A DNA stretch of 64,000 nucleotides from Phallusia mammillata (lineage: Eukaryota). Positions 27,701-38,488 of the stretch are shown here, piece by piece. The DNA lies in assembly GCA_965637545.1 (NCBI GenBank), contig OZ281499.1:21080001-21144000 (forward strand), written 5' to 3'. Numbering within the stretch: the first letter of the stretch is position 1; the number at the start of each line of letters is the position of its first letter. The position numbers and the translations under genes are program-made. The notes beneath the pieces are model-generated. The model saw only the letters and a program-made list of their open reading frames with translations. It was not told where the DNA came from and ran no database searches.

Positions 27701-30251
27701 ACGGATCAATGGGCTAGTGGTGGTGGTGACTCCTTTTACTCACAAAAGGAAGAGAATAAAATCATTAAATGTCTTTGTTCAAGTTTTGTGTTCATGATTC
27801 ATAACTAAACTGAACATAATGATTTTTTTCTATTTGAATAAAAACACAAAAGGTGTTAAAATAGGCACTAAAAGCGAAATTTTAAGTAATAGTAAGAAGG
27901 GTAATGCAAAAATGAATGTTTGAATATGTACAGCGCACAACAACGGCCTGTGATGTTTCGTGAAGTGTTTGTCATTTGTCCAGTTTAACACAAGTGAGGC
28001 GCAAACGGAAATGTGTTGACGAACAGTCGCGTGTTTCCGATAAGTTTTCGCGTCCGTAAGTTCGAGAACTTTGGACGGGTGGCGCTAATCGTATCATCCG
28101 ATTGCTGAAGATTAACTTGGCAGCGTTGCTAGCGGTTTGGCACGTCTTTGAAGTCGCTTAACGTTAATGAGGTAATATTTCCGCGCGAAATGGATCAGCT
28201 GAACGCTGTTGTAACCTGGTGTGAGATCCTGGCATGTCCAAACAGATGCTATAACATTGGTATAGGCGCGAAACCACAACTGTTAAGGTGCAATACCAAA
28301 TTGTCTTAATTGTCGATAAATGATTTAAACATCACCGGCAGTTTGATTGCTTCATTGATAATTATAAACTGCCTTTACAAAGATTAACATATGTACTTTT
28401 TGGTGTTGCTAGTTGAAGGAACCACATTGGCTTCAATTCAATTCGGTAGCCCTGGGAAAATTTGTCAAATTAAAACTACACAAACCTTCCGTCAAATAGT
28501 GACGAAGGATAATCCCTGATGTAAACCCTTGAAAACGTCGCACAAGCAACATAGAGATCGTAGTGAAGTGGGATTATCGACAAAAATACGGCGCCAAATT
28601 TTGCAGACGAACTAACTTTTGTGGTCACACCAAGAACATTGCCTTGTTCATGTCATATAGTTGTAACCGCTTCTGTGGGTTTTAAAATACGCAGTTTGGG
28701 TGTCACAGGTTTAAACCAAACCTCAAAATTGCGACTTTTTGTTTAAACATTTTAAGCACGAGAGCTTGTTGCTTAAGTTAGGGAAACTACACGCGTTTAA
28801 ATTCTATTCGAATAAGTCACTGGGAATGCCTTCAAAGAAATATATGAATATCTTACAATTTGATACACGAATAACTTAACGCAGTTTCAAGTTGCTATGA
28901 GACAGCCTCTATAGCTTTGTGAACCAGCGATACTTGCAGGCATTTGAAACTTCAACCCGAATACATTTGCAGCCACAAGTACGTAACTGTTTGCTTGAGG
29001 CATCTTCCGCATCATTGTTGGCATGTGATGGAATGTTATTTAAGTCAGTGGGCATCATTTGCAAGCAACGCGCGCATTGATTCCCAAAGGAAGGTTGGTG
29101 ACCTCGTTAAAGTCGCCTTGCCTGTTTGTTTCGCCACTGTCGAGGCGCAAAGATTTCAATTCCCACTTACAAAACTTCCTAAATGTAAATTGACACTAAT
29201 TTTAAAATTGAATTCCATACCCATTTAACCTTGGCTATTTGTTTAGGTCTAAGCGCCGAAATGTTAATTACTTGGAAAGCAAGGAAAGAAAAACAGTCAA
29301 TTAATTTATCTCTCTTCGACAGACCACAACGCTTTTCGACTTCAAGAAACAATTTAGCCAAATGTTTTGACGAGAGGCGAAAGCAACAACGCAAATCGCT
29401 TATAAACAAAAACCTCGTTTTTCTGGTAACCCTTAAACCGCTAAAAGTTTTTTGACAATGGTCTGCATTTACGCAGCAACCTTTGAGGGCCAAACACAAC
29501 CAGTGCAACTTATCGCTTTACACAGCAAACCTTGTTTTGCGAGATTAACAACACGAGTCTGAATGCAGACAAGCAAAGAGTCGATCTTGTTTAGCTTGCT
29601 CGCTCCTCAGGGCAAATCGCAATCACCCAAAACAGAATTTTTCACCGCGAATACTTGACATATCAGCAACGTTTAACCCTGGTTAGTTGATACTGGTGGC
29701 TTACAGGAGGTAGCTTATGGAATACAGCGCACTAAGAACGAACTACTTGCTTTAAAACGTCATTTACAAAACCAAGCGGGCGACGCGGGTGCCTTTGCGT
29801 AAACCTTCCACACCTCACACAAAGTTTACTTTTCATTTGTGGCTTCAAACCGCATTGTAAATTTGACCCGTACACCAATTTACACGCCTTATGGTAACTT
29901 TACAAAAATGGTACTAACCAACTGATCCAATTTCCGCTGAAAAGTTGTAACCCGGTTTGAGAGTCGATCCACGGTCTCAAGAAGACCTGAAATGGCGTGT
30001 TCCTGGTCTGAAATCTTTTCCTGGTATCCTTGGCATGTATTTTGCAGCAACTTCATGCTGTTGTCGTTCTGTATGACTTTTCCGGCGAAAAGGATTGAGG
30101 TAAACAAAGAGCTTAAACAGGCGAGGCTCAGAACCACGGCGGTAACGAAATGGCAAAATGTTGGCGGACGCTGAAACTTCTTGTCGTAGCTTTGTGATGT
30201 CATGCCACTTGACGTCATCATGTCCTTATGTGACCCTTCGGGGTAACCCAT
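762..30251 (-). CDS. Multi-exon gene: type II transmembrane collagen, MACIT family (collagen XIII/XXIII/XXV-like); 3'-incomplete
   Basis: 30 exons with AG/GT boundaries join in frame to 573 codons. Order: short cytoplasmic N-terminus, TM helix, coiled coil, RLKR furin site, CTCPPG, then Gly-X-Y domains with non-collagenous interruptions. This is the established architecture of COL13A1/COL23A1/COL25A1. No stop codon or terminal exon is found in the window. Confidence 0.95.
898..924 (-). CDS. MACIT collagen exon 29
   Basis: attacag|GDEGPRGLQ|gtaagt; 27 nt. Confidence 0.92.
1091..1117 (-). CDS. MACIT collagen exon 28
   Basis: caacag|GAIGPVGPK|gtgagc; 27 nt. Confidence 0.9.
1297..1350 (-). CDS. 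MACIT collagen exon 27
   Basis: gttacag|[18 protein letters not shown]|gtaaga; 54 nt. Confidence 0.93.
1517..1543 (-). CDS. MACIT collagen exon 26
   Basis: tttacag|GAKGNIGPA|gtacgg; 27 nt. Confidence 0.9.
1855..1898 (-). promoter_or_regulatory. Intronic G-run / G-quadruplex motif downstream of exon 25
   Basis: Minus strand GGGtgaaGGGtgatttGGGGGGtttcctGGGtgatacggctGGG, starting 17 nt into the intron. Confidence 0.55.
1915..1977 (-). CDS. MACIT collagen exon 25
   Basis: caacag|[21 protein letters not shown]|gtagtt; 63 nt. Confidence 0.9.
2305..2364 (-). CDS. MACIT collagen exon 24
   Basis: cttctcag|[20 protein letters not shown]|gtaagt; 60 nt, one Gly-X-Gly imperfection. Confidence 0.92.
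2430..2498 (-). CDS. MACIT collagen exon 23
   Basis: attttag|[23 protein letters not shown]|gtaagt; 69 nt. Confidence 0.92.
3200..3247 (-). CDS. MACIT collagen candidate exon 22: non-collagenous, second CxC
   Basis: ccttctcaacag|[16 protein letters not shown]|gtgcgt; 48 nt, frame-preserving. Confidence 0.6.
3412..3519 (-). CDS. MACIT collagen exon 21
   Basis: acacag|[36 protein letters not shown]|gtgagt; 108 nt. Confidence 0.93.
3623..3685 (-). CDS. MACIT collagen exon 20
   Basis: ttttacag|[21 protein letters not shown]|gtaagt; 63 nt. Confidence 0.93.
3762..3815 (-). CDS. MACIT collagen exon 19
   Basis: taaacag|[18 protein letters not shown]|gttcgt; 54 nt. Confidence 0.92.
3933..3968 (-). 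CDS. MACIT collagen exon 18
   Basis: ttttattag|[12 protein letters not shown]|gtacgt; 36 nt. Confidence 0.92.
4144..4200 (-). CDS. MACIT collagen exon 17
   Basis: ttttatcag|[19 protein letters not shown]|gtatgt; 57 nt. Confidence 0.9.
4598..4618 (-). CDS. MACIT collagen exon 16: 21-nt microexon in NC3
   Basis: actaac branch point, ctttctttcttttgtctttttttccttcag|DMQESLK|gttcgt; frame-preserving. Confidence 0.7.
4935..4982 (-). CDS. MACIT collagen exon 15
   Basis: ctgtag|[16 protein letters not shown]|gtacga; 48 nt; very long AG-free region upstream. Confidence 0.85.
5305..5378. repeat. GGAATTCC-rich quasi-palindromic element, probable MITE remnant
   Basis: gggaattccggg at the left end and cggaattccgccctgta at the right end are partial inverted repeats. 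Confidence 0.35.
5509..5544. repeat. Short 10-nt tandem repeat (CACGCAATCA)n
   Basis: cacgcaatca cacgcaatca cacgcaaca cacgc; UG-rich on the transcribed minus strand. Confidence 0.8.
5920..5946 (-). CDS. MACIT collagen exon 14
   Basis: gttttcag|GTKGQAGSS|gtaaga; 27 nt. Confidence 0.92.
6063..6104 (-). CDS. MACIT collagen exon 13
   Basis: aaccag|[14 protein letters not shown]|gtaagt; 42 nt. Confidence 0.92.
6222..6314 (-). CDS. MACIT collagen exon 12
   Basis: ttacag|[31 protein letters not shown]|gtaagt; 93 nt. An in-frame AG 12 nt downstream (before GYF) is an alternative acceptor. Confidence 0.9.
6370..6512. repeat. Degenerate internally repetitive element (CCGAATCC / TAGTTTGA units), probable MITE remnant
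   Basis: Repeated tagtttga and ccgaatcc motifs; tcaaacta near 6505-6512 is the reverse complement of tagtttga near 6381. Confidence 0.45.
6631..6687 (-). CDS. MACIT collagen exon 11 (NC2)
   Basis: atttttttag|[19 protein letters not shown]|gtaagt; 57 nt. The PPVIR motif resembles the PPVIKR segment I recall from collagen XIII NC2. Confidence 0.8.
7747..7833 (-). CDS. MACIT collagen exon 10: end of first COL domain, start of NC2
   Basis: gcccag|[29 protein letters not shown]|gtaagt; 87 nt. Confidence 0.92.
8068..8103 (-). CDS. MACIT collagen exon 9
   Basis: atttcag|[12 protein letters not shown]|gtaagg; 36 nt. Confidence 0.93.
8169..8213 (-). CDS. MACIT collagen exon 8
   Basis: ttttcag|[15 protein letters not shown]|gtaaga; 45 nt. 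Confidence 0.93.
8385..8411 (-). CDS. MACIT collagen exon 7
   Basis: taaacag|GPIGITGKS|gttagt; 27 nt. Confidence 0.9.
8532..8565 (-). promoter_or_regulatory. Intronic G-run / G-quadruplex motif downstream of exon 6
   Basis: Minus strand GGGGatcgaGGGGGttttatGGGGtactttGGGG, 10-nt period, starting 14 nt into the intron. Confidence 0.6.
8579..8623 (-). CDS. MACIT collagen exon 6
   Basis: tttttcag|[15 protein letters not shown]|gtttgt; 45 nt. Confidence 0.92.
9128..9604 (-). promoter_or_regulatory. Cluster of four UGCAUG (RBFOX) elements downstream of exon 5
   Basis: catgca on + at 9128, 9343, 9449, 9599; ACUAAY-type sites near 9395-9404. Confidence 0.55.
9637..9663 (-). CDS. MACIT collagen exon 5
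   Basis: acgcag|GRPGKNGFP|gtatat; 27 nt, weak splice sites. Confidence 0.8.
10083..10090 (-). CDS. MACIT collagen exon 4: 8-nt microexon
   Basis: gtttctttttcag|GCAAAATG|gtaaga; (G)KM; needed to convert phase 1 to phase 0 and keep the Gly-X-Y register. Confidence 0.85.
10399..10434 (-). CDS. MACIT collagen exon 3
   Basis: ctaac...tttttattgcag|(G)[12 protein letters not shown]|gtgggt; 36 nt, phase 1 to 1. Confidence 0.85.
26968..27046 (-). CDS. MACIT collagen exon 2: furin site and CxC
   Basis: ttttacag|[27 protein letters not shown]|gtatga; 79 nt, phase 0 to 1. Confidence 0.92.
29919..30251 (-). CDS. MACIT collagen exon 1: cytoplasmic tail, TM helix, coiled coil
   Basis: ATG at 30251 (the ORF-track start at 30305 is GTG). 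MGYPEG...[26 protein letters not shown] (TM)...[32 protein letters not shown]; donor TTG|gttagt; 333 nt. Confidence 0.9.
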
Positions 30252-33200
30252 TGTCCGAGTAGGCTGGGTTGAAAAGTTTTTGTTCGTATTGAAACTATTG
30301 ATCACTTTCTGCTATGCGCGCGTCGAATTATAGGTTGTGATTGCAGAACAATTGAGCTTGGTATGTCTACTAAACAATTCTGTCAAAACAAGTAAATTAA
30401 AACCTTTAGATTCAATTCTAAATACTTTTTTAACTACCAAATCTGCCTACTTAAAATTGAAGTAATTTTATAATGTTTGCTCCGTGGAAGACAAAATCTA
30501 ACAAAAGCAAGCCGATGTCTTCAACAAAGCAAATATCGCATTAAAATCGGTCGTGTAATACAGCAAGAACTCGTGCGCCTTGCCTTTCAACACACTGAAG
30601 AAATAATATATATTGTACACAATAGAACGTTAAATATACTCCTTTCCTTCCTCGAACCGCTGACTACTTCGCCTAAAATGACTTTAAATTCCGCCTACTG
30701 AGCCTTCTAACATCTGTATGAAAGCAAAAATTCGCCGCAACAAATTCCATTGGCTTTTTAATTGCCAGTCATATTGCTGTTGTACATTGCGCGGCGGCTT
30801 TTTACTTTAACCGCAGCTTCTATAGTAGCCTGTGCAAATCGAAGCGAACATTAAGCCGGATAAGAATCACGCAGTTTGGCTGAGATCCATGCCTTGTGTT
30901 TTGCTGAAAACGCGACACTTTTGCCCAAGGCCCGTACACTGAAAGACTCACAGCACCTATGACACTTTGAAACCTTCTGTGGGCTGCAATATAAACGAGA
31001 GAACTACCTTTTTCTCGCGCCTGTCTAGAAAAGAGAACCAGTCCTCTCTCGTTCCAAGCCTATCCAGCCCGTTGTTATCTCTCGCTATTGAATTGCAATG
31101 TAACCACGTGCAGCGACTGGGGTCCTAATTGCCGGGTGGGCAGGGGGTGCAAATTGGCCCTTGTTAGCGGGCTAATTGTGCACGGGCCCTATCAAGCCGC
31201 GCAATCAGCAATAAAAGAATTTGTTACAAATGGTCTGTAATGTCTTGCTAGTGTTGTGAAAATTTAACGACAATGGTAGTTAGTACTGTAAAATCTATTG
31301 ATATTATACTTGCTATTGACCAATTGCAGCATTTCAAATAACTTCATAACCTTGGCATTATTTGAATGTGGCTTATTATTGTAATAAAATATTGCACTCA
31401 TTTTTTTTTTACTTTGCTTATTTGTGATTGGTGTAGACTGTAGAATATAGACATCTTCGGTTATTAGACTATCATTATACATCGACCAATTTTGAGCCGT
31501 GTAGTGCCCAACATTTTGTGCAAAGAAATTGTGTGAAAATGTGGCGCTTAACAATAGTGTTCTAAGTCCTTCAGCGGCAATTTAGGCTATTTTGTTACAT
31601 GTCCTGGGTTTAAATCCCATCACATACCCGTGAGAACAGTTTGTAGAAGAAATTTTAAAAAGTGAAACGCGCTGCATATAGCTACACCGCGTAGTAAACG
31701 CTATGTGACGGAAGCTCACAAGAAAATAACTATAGTGCAATGTGTGTAAACATGTATGAAGAATCGCAGGCCTCACTGTTGTTACGTGCTGTAAATCAAA
31801 CAACATCTATTTGGTATATAGTTCACCAAGGTAAGATGCCTTTCTCCTGTATCAGAAGCGATACAATCGACTTGTCGAGGGCGGTGTGATTCACCAACTC
31901 CACAAGTGAAGTGCCGAGTAAAAAGCAACGGAAATCACCCGCTAAGCCTAATGACACCGTCAACTGCAGGTGGGCCAGCTTCTATATCCGTATGACTGGA
32001 ACGCAATGTCTAAATTTGCCACCTTGAAATGTGTGCTGTTTCCGTTGCCTTGTAAGTAAGGTGGAAGTTACATCTGCCGAACTTTGTTTCAGAAATAAAC
32101 CATGAACAGACAATTCATTTCCGCGATAATGTCTTTACGCCTATATACCTTGACAAGGTTCTAATTGAGGAGACCCGGGTGCAAAAGCTGAATTTTCAGG
32201 AGGTTATACCAATTATTTTCGTAATTATAAGGTCTACAGCAGCACATTACAAAATACACATGACACAACGCACCGCCACAAAAATTCAGTAATCAAATTA
32301 ATAATACTTTCTGCAACCTCTGGCAACTTTAAAAGTGGACATTTGGGCGTAAACTATATAATGCAATACTTCAATCTCTAAATTCCACTAAAATGAACAA
32401 AAATAGATTAGACATATAGAATTGCTGCCAGGCGTATTTCATTAACTTTTTAAGTTTATAAAAATACGTTCGAACAACAGCAACTAAGGCTTTAAATCAG
32501 GGTAAAGGATCAACAGAAAACGTAAATGTGGTTTTACTTCTGTTAAAACAAAAAACACAAACCGACAGCGTACAATTTCAAAATTCCAAAAACATACAAA
32601 CAGTTCGCCATCATTATCATTGCTTCACAATCGTATATAAATCATTTTAGAGTAAATACAAAAATAAAACTTTAGGATATCGGCAATGCCACAAATTAAT
32701 GCATCTTTGAGCAGTAACGCAGTACGTAGTGTTTTGTGACGTTCAAAACCTACATCAGACGTTTTTAACATAAAAACTGTCTCAGTTACACAAGATCGCA
32801 AATGTGATGTGGTTGTTATCTGGCGGTTGTGGCAAATCTTGCGGCTGTTTCAGCTTGTTAAATCACATTCTAGTTCCGCCACGCCCAGACAAATGCGACC
32901 CACAGGTTAAGTAACATGCCATTTTGCGAATTCATATTTATGTGGCCACTCAAAATGTCATTTTTTCATGTTAATGCATTTTTAACCTAAAAAAATGTCA
33001 AGAAAATAACTGAACATTAGAAAAGAAAAAGTATTTTTGGGATGCATTTCAACGTGGTACGTTAATTTAAGTATATTTACTACTTCAGGTGAAGAGAATA
33101 AGGCCCTAAAAATAGCAAATCTGAAAAACATTGTACGATTTGCAAGACATTTTACGACAAAGCGACGAAGGACAATTTTCGCATGTATATACTGAGGCAA

Positions 33201-35560
33201 AAGCAATGACTCATGTAGTGTAACCACAATGACCCACATGAGCCTGCTCGATTTGAACACAAAAAATCATTGTTGAATTACTCTGAACTTTTCACCTCAC
33301 CATGCTATAGCGTTACGAAATTATTGAAAGGCTATTAAGACTTACATAGTCCATGGTTTCCAAACAAACGTTTTTAAATGAAGTTTTGCAATTTTTTTAC
33401 TTTATTATTATAAGAAGTTGGTCAAATAGGGTTCTCATTGGGCATATGGCACACCATACTTGAATTTTTAAGTTAAGAAACAGATTTGTAATCTTGATTT
33501 TAAAACTTATACGTACTCATAACGGTTCACAACATTTGGACCAGTTCGTTCTGCAAATAGTTCTTAAGTTGTAGTCCATAGTTTACGGGTTGACCTTAAC
33601 TTAATACTTACAGTTACCTTATATATATATGGGTATTTCCAAAACCAAACTTCATCCTATAGCAAACGACAATGATTTACAGCAGAGGCGAAAGATCATA
33701 TTTACAAAAAACAATGAAGACATTAACCTGAATTTCACCTCCTGCTATCAGCAACGAACCCATCAGATGCGCACACTTTCCACGTGACCACATTGAGGCA
33801 ATGTTTCGTCATAGAGGGTGGGTAAATATTTGATAAGTACGCTATTTGTTTGCGGAAACATAACCCAGGAAGATCATGATTGCTGAGTAGCAGGGCCGAG
33901 CACAGCTGTTTACCCCAATTAAACGACGATCTGTTGTTTGCACGAAGCAAATCCGCGTATCGGCAAACAGAAGAAAGGTCGTGGAATGCTGGTGTCGAAA
34001 AACAGATGAAATAATGCAAAATGGTATATATACACCAAACCATGCATCAAGTTAACCCGCTACAATGTTAAGCTTGCGTTTTAGGTTAGTTTTTTTGGTC
34101 TCTTTGCGACAAAGCTTCAATAATTTTGATACTATGTAACCTAATCATCACATAAAATTATTATGCATGAATCTTAGGGTACATTTGTATTATTGTATTG
34201 GTGGCTGACCAGCAAAGCCTGTGTATTAACATAAATGCTTAGGACACAGAAAATTTGAAAACCTTGTGCGACGACCCATACATAGCGAACCGTCTTCAAG
34301 GGGGTCCTCTTAATAAAGGTCATGCACCAGTAATCACTGGTTTTCAGTTATTTGTAGTTAAGCTCATATTTTCATGATTTTCAAACACAAATAATCCTAC
34401 CTTTCAGCTAACATATTAATAATTTATTAGTGGGCTTTAAAATAAACTGGTATTGGCGACTGCTGTATGGAAGGGCAAAAAAGATGTAAGTTTCAATTGC
34501 GCGTGCCTCGCGTGTGTTGGGCAAATAGAGCGGGGTCAAGGACCTTTTTGTTGGCGCTCGTGGCTTACTTGTCACCAGATACTATGACGAATTGACTGAC
34601 CGGGGATTTTAATTAAATACACCGAATATTTGGGGTAAGTTGACTTCTTGTTCGACGGGGTTATGTTAAGAATTTCTAAACCGGAATGTAAAAAGTCTGC
34701 TGTTGCGCATCGAGTTACAAACAAAAATAAAAGTTTTAACACTGATGCAATAAAACATTCCAACTTTTAAACCAAGGAAGAAATCAACAAACATTTCATA
34801 TTCCAAAGTTTTTTTGAAATTAACTCAGTTGGAACACTTTTAGCCTTAAACGCCCAGCATAAATGCCGTAACAATATATTTGCGCAAACGATTTTGCAAG
34901 GCAAGGAAAACGCCAAAATAAACAGAAAAGTACGATTAAAAGTTCTAAATGAAGGAATTTTAAGCAAATTCTTGCGCTTTTGGTTGGGTTAGAATATGCT
35001 GAACCCATAGCAGCGGACCGACTCAACCTTTCGCACATGCACACCTAAATGTTTACCAAACTTAAGAAGCATGCAACCTCAGTAGCTCAGGTTACGGTAA
35101 GAAATTTACACCCGCTCTGCAAGATGTGTCAATCACAAGAAAAAAGATTGAAGTGAGAATTGGAATACAAAGTGCATTGTAGGCCTATCAGTATAAGTTT
35201 TAAAGAAAATTCATCAAATGACAAGTTGGTTCAAGTACCACCATTGGCAAAAAGCCTGGTTTACTTTCAATGAATTGTCAAATATAGAAATAAAAGTTTT
35301 TTTTCAGAATATGTGACAATTATTGGATTTGTATACTACATTTGGTATTATTATTCGTCTCAACAGAAGCCAAAAAACAGAAACCAAAAAAAACAAAAAC
35401 AGTAATTATGCTTTGATGTAGAAAAACAAATTGCAATTTAAAAAAAAGTAGCAATTGTTTCCCCATTAAGTTTAGAAAATTATACACCTGAAGTTGTACC
35501 ATATTGCATTAAAAGCAAAAATATCATGAAAGTCACCGTTTCCATTATACTTAGGTCCCG

Positions 35561-35738
35561 CCAATCACCTCGATACCTTGTAGCACTTAATTGACACAAA
35601 GTTGGCCCGCAAATCGTTTCGCAGTGATCGAGACCGGCGCACAATGACCTGGAGTGACCCCGGCAATTAAACTGTCACGGTCACATTGACGAATCGCAGC
35701 TGAATGTCAAGATTGCGCAATCGCTAGCGACCAATCAC
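35561..35738. promoter_or_regulatory. Candidate enhancer: DR4 nuclear-receptor element, C/EBP palindrome and CCAAT boxes
   Basis: Minus strand GGGTCActccAGGTCA at 35645-35660; GATTGCGCAATC at 35711-35722; CCAATCA at 35561 and 35731. Confidence 0.45.
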
Positions 35739-36459
35739 GGGCGAACAAAGAAGTCACATGTTTACTTTACGTGCCTTGTCTTGAAACATTTCGTACCGAG
35801 GGTAATTTTCTTCGATCGGATCTGATTTCTGGGAAATTCATTTCGGGGCAGAGCTTGAGTTGTTTTGATCAGAAAGGTTACATGAACAAACGTCTAATAG
35901 CAGTTTTTCCTGGATATAAGGAGTCGTAATTGTTTTCAAGAGCAATTTAAAAGCATTTATCTTATCGTAAGAAGTTTATAAAATTCGGCAAACATCTAGT
36001 GAGTCGCAAAACGGCAATAATGTGCCCAAAAAGATACAAGTTTGAAACATGTAAATGTAGCGTCATTGCGACTTTTATAAAAATGCGACTTAATACAGAA
36101 CCCCTCAATAGCGCTAGCTTGTGGTTAGATATATATATTACCTTGTGTTGTAACGTAAACAAAACCTAGTTAAACGTCTAACCTTAAACTACAAGCAAAG
36201 TGGCAATGCGATTTTGTGGACTTTTTCACACCAAAGAAAATTTTGAAAATTTATAACGATTTAAAAAACACACAAAAAAATAGTTTAGACAAATGCTGCT
36301 TAACATCCACGAAACTTGATTAAACCACACACATATATTTATTCTTATTAGCTACAACAATTTCCCATTATGTTTAAGGCAACAAAGTTATGCACTATTA
36401 AATGAACCAAGCACTTCATATCAGACTGGTGAACGGCAATCACGTTAGCTACATTATTA

Positions 36460-36785
36460 TCAAAAGATTTGCGTTATATTTTCGGTTTCGACTTTCCTCT
36501 GTGGCAAGTAAAATAGCTTGGTAAGGGTAGAGATGAAGGTGGGCATTTGGGTAAACTGTATTGGAACCGTGTCTGCTTGTGGCCCAATCGGCCCTTCCTC
36601 GCTTGGTGTCTCTGTTGAGCCAAACTGTTTCTTAGCCACGTTTCGAGAAACAATTGTGAGAAGTTGAAGAATATCTTGCTTACGGCTTTGACCTTTAATT
36701 TTACACTTGTAGTACGCCAGCAGCACATTTGCCAAAGTCTGGATGTACCACGAACCGTTATCCTTATCTCGGAAGCTGACAAAAC
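36460..36785 (-). CDS. Caspase A exon 5 (small subunit)
   Basis: taacag|(G)FVSFRDKDNGSWYIQ...QMPTFISTLTKLFYLP...QIF stop. Confidence 0.92.
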
Positions 36786-38488
36786 CTGTTAAATTTGAAG
36801 TAAATCAAACAAACAGTTTGCAAATCTGTTATCAAAACCGTCACCATCCCGAAGAAAATCTTGACAGCACCAAAATACGTGTGAAACCAAAACTAATGTC
36901 ATTTTTTTATAATTAGTTTAAATACTCAAGGCCAAAAAATTCATGTATAAACACACTTAATCGCGAACAGCATGGCGAGCAAATTACGTGTAGTACAATC
37001 AACACGTTAAGGAAATTGAGGTATTTAAAATCAAAATGTTGTTGTTTAAACAGTTAATGCAACTATCTCATCAAAGTATAAACCGATCGGTCATAAATTT
37101 GGACAAAAACAGCACATCGTTCTGAAGATATATGTGGTCAAATTTAAATCACTAAATAGATGGTCACCACCTTTAGTTGTTGCGTTGCAGACCAAACAAT
37201 CCGAATCAGCCGGAAGACTTTGCAGTGAAACCCCTTCATCTCTGGTAGCATCAGTTTTCGGGGGCGACTCGTCCACAGCTACATTTGTTTTGTTACCTCG
37301 ACAAGCCTAAATAGTATGGTTGTTCGAAACAGAAACAAACGTTTTTTACAATACACTGTAAAAACTGTAATAAGGTTTGATAACTTTACTATTTAGTGGC
37401 GCAAATCCATCGCAAATTTTAGTGGCGACTTTTTTTAGCTTGTAGAATTTGATGATGTCATAACAATGGTTAAAACATAATGACGTCACAACGCTCAAAT
37501 GCTGGTTAAAAAAACGAGTTACCTACTGAATAACGAGGCCACTAAAATCAGTTCCGGATTGCGTCCCGGGATTTCCGCCCGTGCTACTGTTACATAAGTT
37601 TTAGTACAAACTTCCACAAATAAAACACGACCTGAAACACAAACATCTTGGGCTTTCCCAATAACGTAGCACACTTGTTTCCATAAAATTTTTGGTATAT
37701 GTCCTCTATGAAAAATCTGCCGTCCTTGACGAAAATGTGATGACCATCTCCGTGTGACATAAACACCATCACCAAACTTGCAAAATCAGAAAAGTCCTGT
37801 TTGGCGATATCATCTAGTTTCTGCAAACAGGAATAGCGGCAACCGATTTTTTTACACATATCATGGTTCCTAATTCTATAGCAAAGACTGGGAACCGATG
37901 GCTCACAAACAAGATGTAGCGCTTTTAATGACTTTTTGGGGCTTCTTGGCTCAAAATATCTTAGTTTGCATTCGTTGACACAATTAGTAAAACTTGCGAT
38001 ACCAAAACATGTAATCTTCAAGTTTATTTTAATGCGTACGTTTTTAGTGTAGAGTTGCACCCAGTCACATATTTTGTTTGAAGTAAACAAAAATACATTT
38101 TAAAATGTGTGACTATATTGACTCTCTTAACCTAAAAATCACGACCTCTATAGCACCCAGCCAAGAGCAAATGCAATGTTAGAAACTTGTGATACACTTG
38201 CCTTGTTAAACATGGAAAGTGTAGTCTGGTCCTGATCCTCCGTCTCAGTTCTAGTTTCAAAGCCAAATGTATCAAAAACGTCTGTTAGCTTTTCCGCATC
38301 CTTGCCAGAGCCTTGCCGCCGGTCGTTGGGATCTACAGAAATGGTCCAAGAGTCCGATTATAACCTATTCCTTTAACTGTGCGTCAAACAAACCTATACT
38401 CACCAGAATCAAATTTTGTAAAATTAAAGATATATGCTTTTCCAATTTGCTTGCCAGTTTGGTAGACTTCCTCCTGATAAGTTTCCAT
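36460..38488 (-). CDS. Caspase paralogue A (peptidase C14A), short or absent prodomain, intact, about 288 aa
   Basis: join of 38404-38488, 38202-38332, 37632-37820, 37171-37306, 36460-36785 is in frame (867 nt). Motifs: RQGSGKD, FMSHG (catalytic His), FQ|ACRG, SFR..NGSWYIQ, QMP..STLTKLFYL. AATAAA at 36338-36343. A small upstream phase-2 coding exon (38941-38972) is possible. Confidence 0.92.
37171..37306 (-). CDS. Caspase A exon 4
   Basis: atttag|ACRGNKT...LPADSDCLVCNATTK-G|gtggtg. Confidence 0.88.
37632..37820 (-). CDS. Caspase A exon 3
   Basis: tttgcag|KLDDIA...FMSHGDG...GKPKMFVFQ|gtcgtg; 189 nt. Confidence 0.93.
38202..38332 (-). CDS. Caspase A exon 2 (GC donor)
   Basis: ctgtag|(D)PNDRRQGSGKDAEKL...LSMFNK|gcaagt. 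Confidence 0.85.
38404..38488 (-). CDS. Caspase A exon 1
   Basis: METYQEEVYQTGKQIGKAYIFNFTKFDS-G|gtgagt. Confidence 0.8.

Noticed and set aside
30252-30305. N-terminal extension MINSF... of the 138-aa ORF
   Set aside because: The ORF track starts at GTG; the first ATG in frame is at 30251. The ORF's last 9 codons are intron read-through.
37821-38090. First half of the 166-aa ORF as a caspase prodomain
   Set aside because: It lies inside the GC-AG intron between exons 2 and 3, and only the part after the tttgcag acceptor aligns with paralogues B and C.
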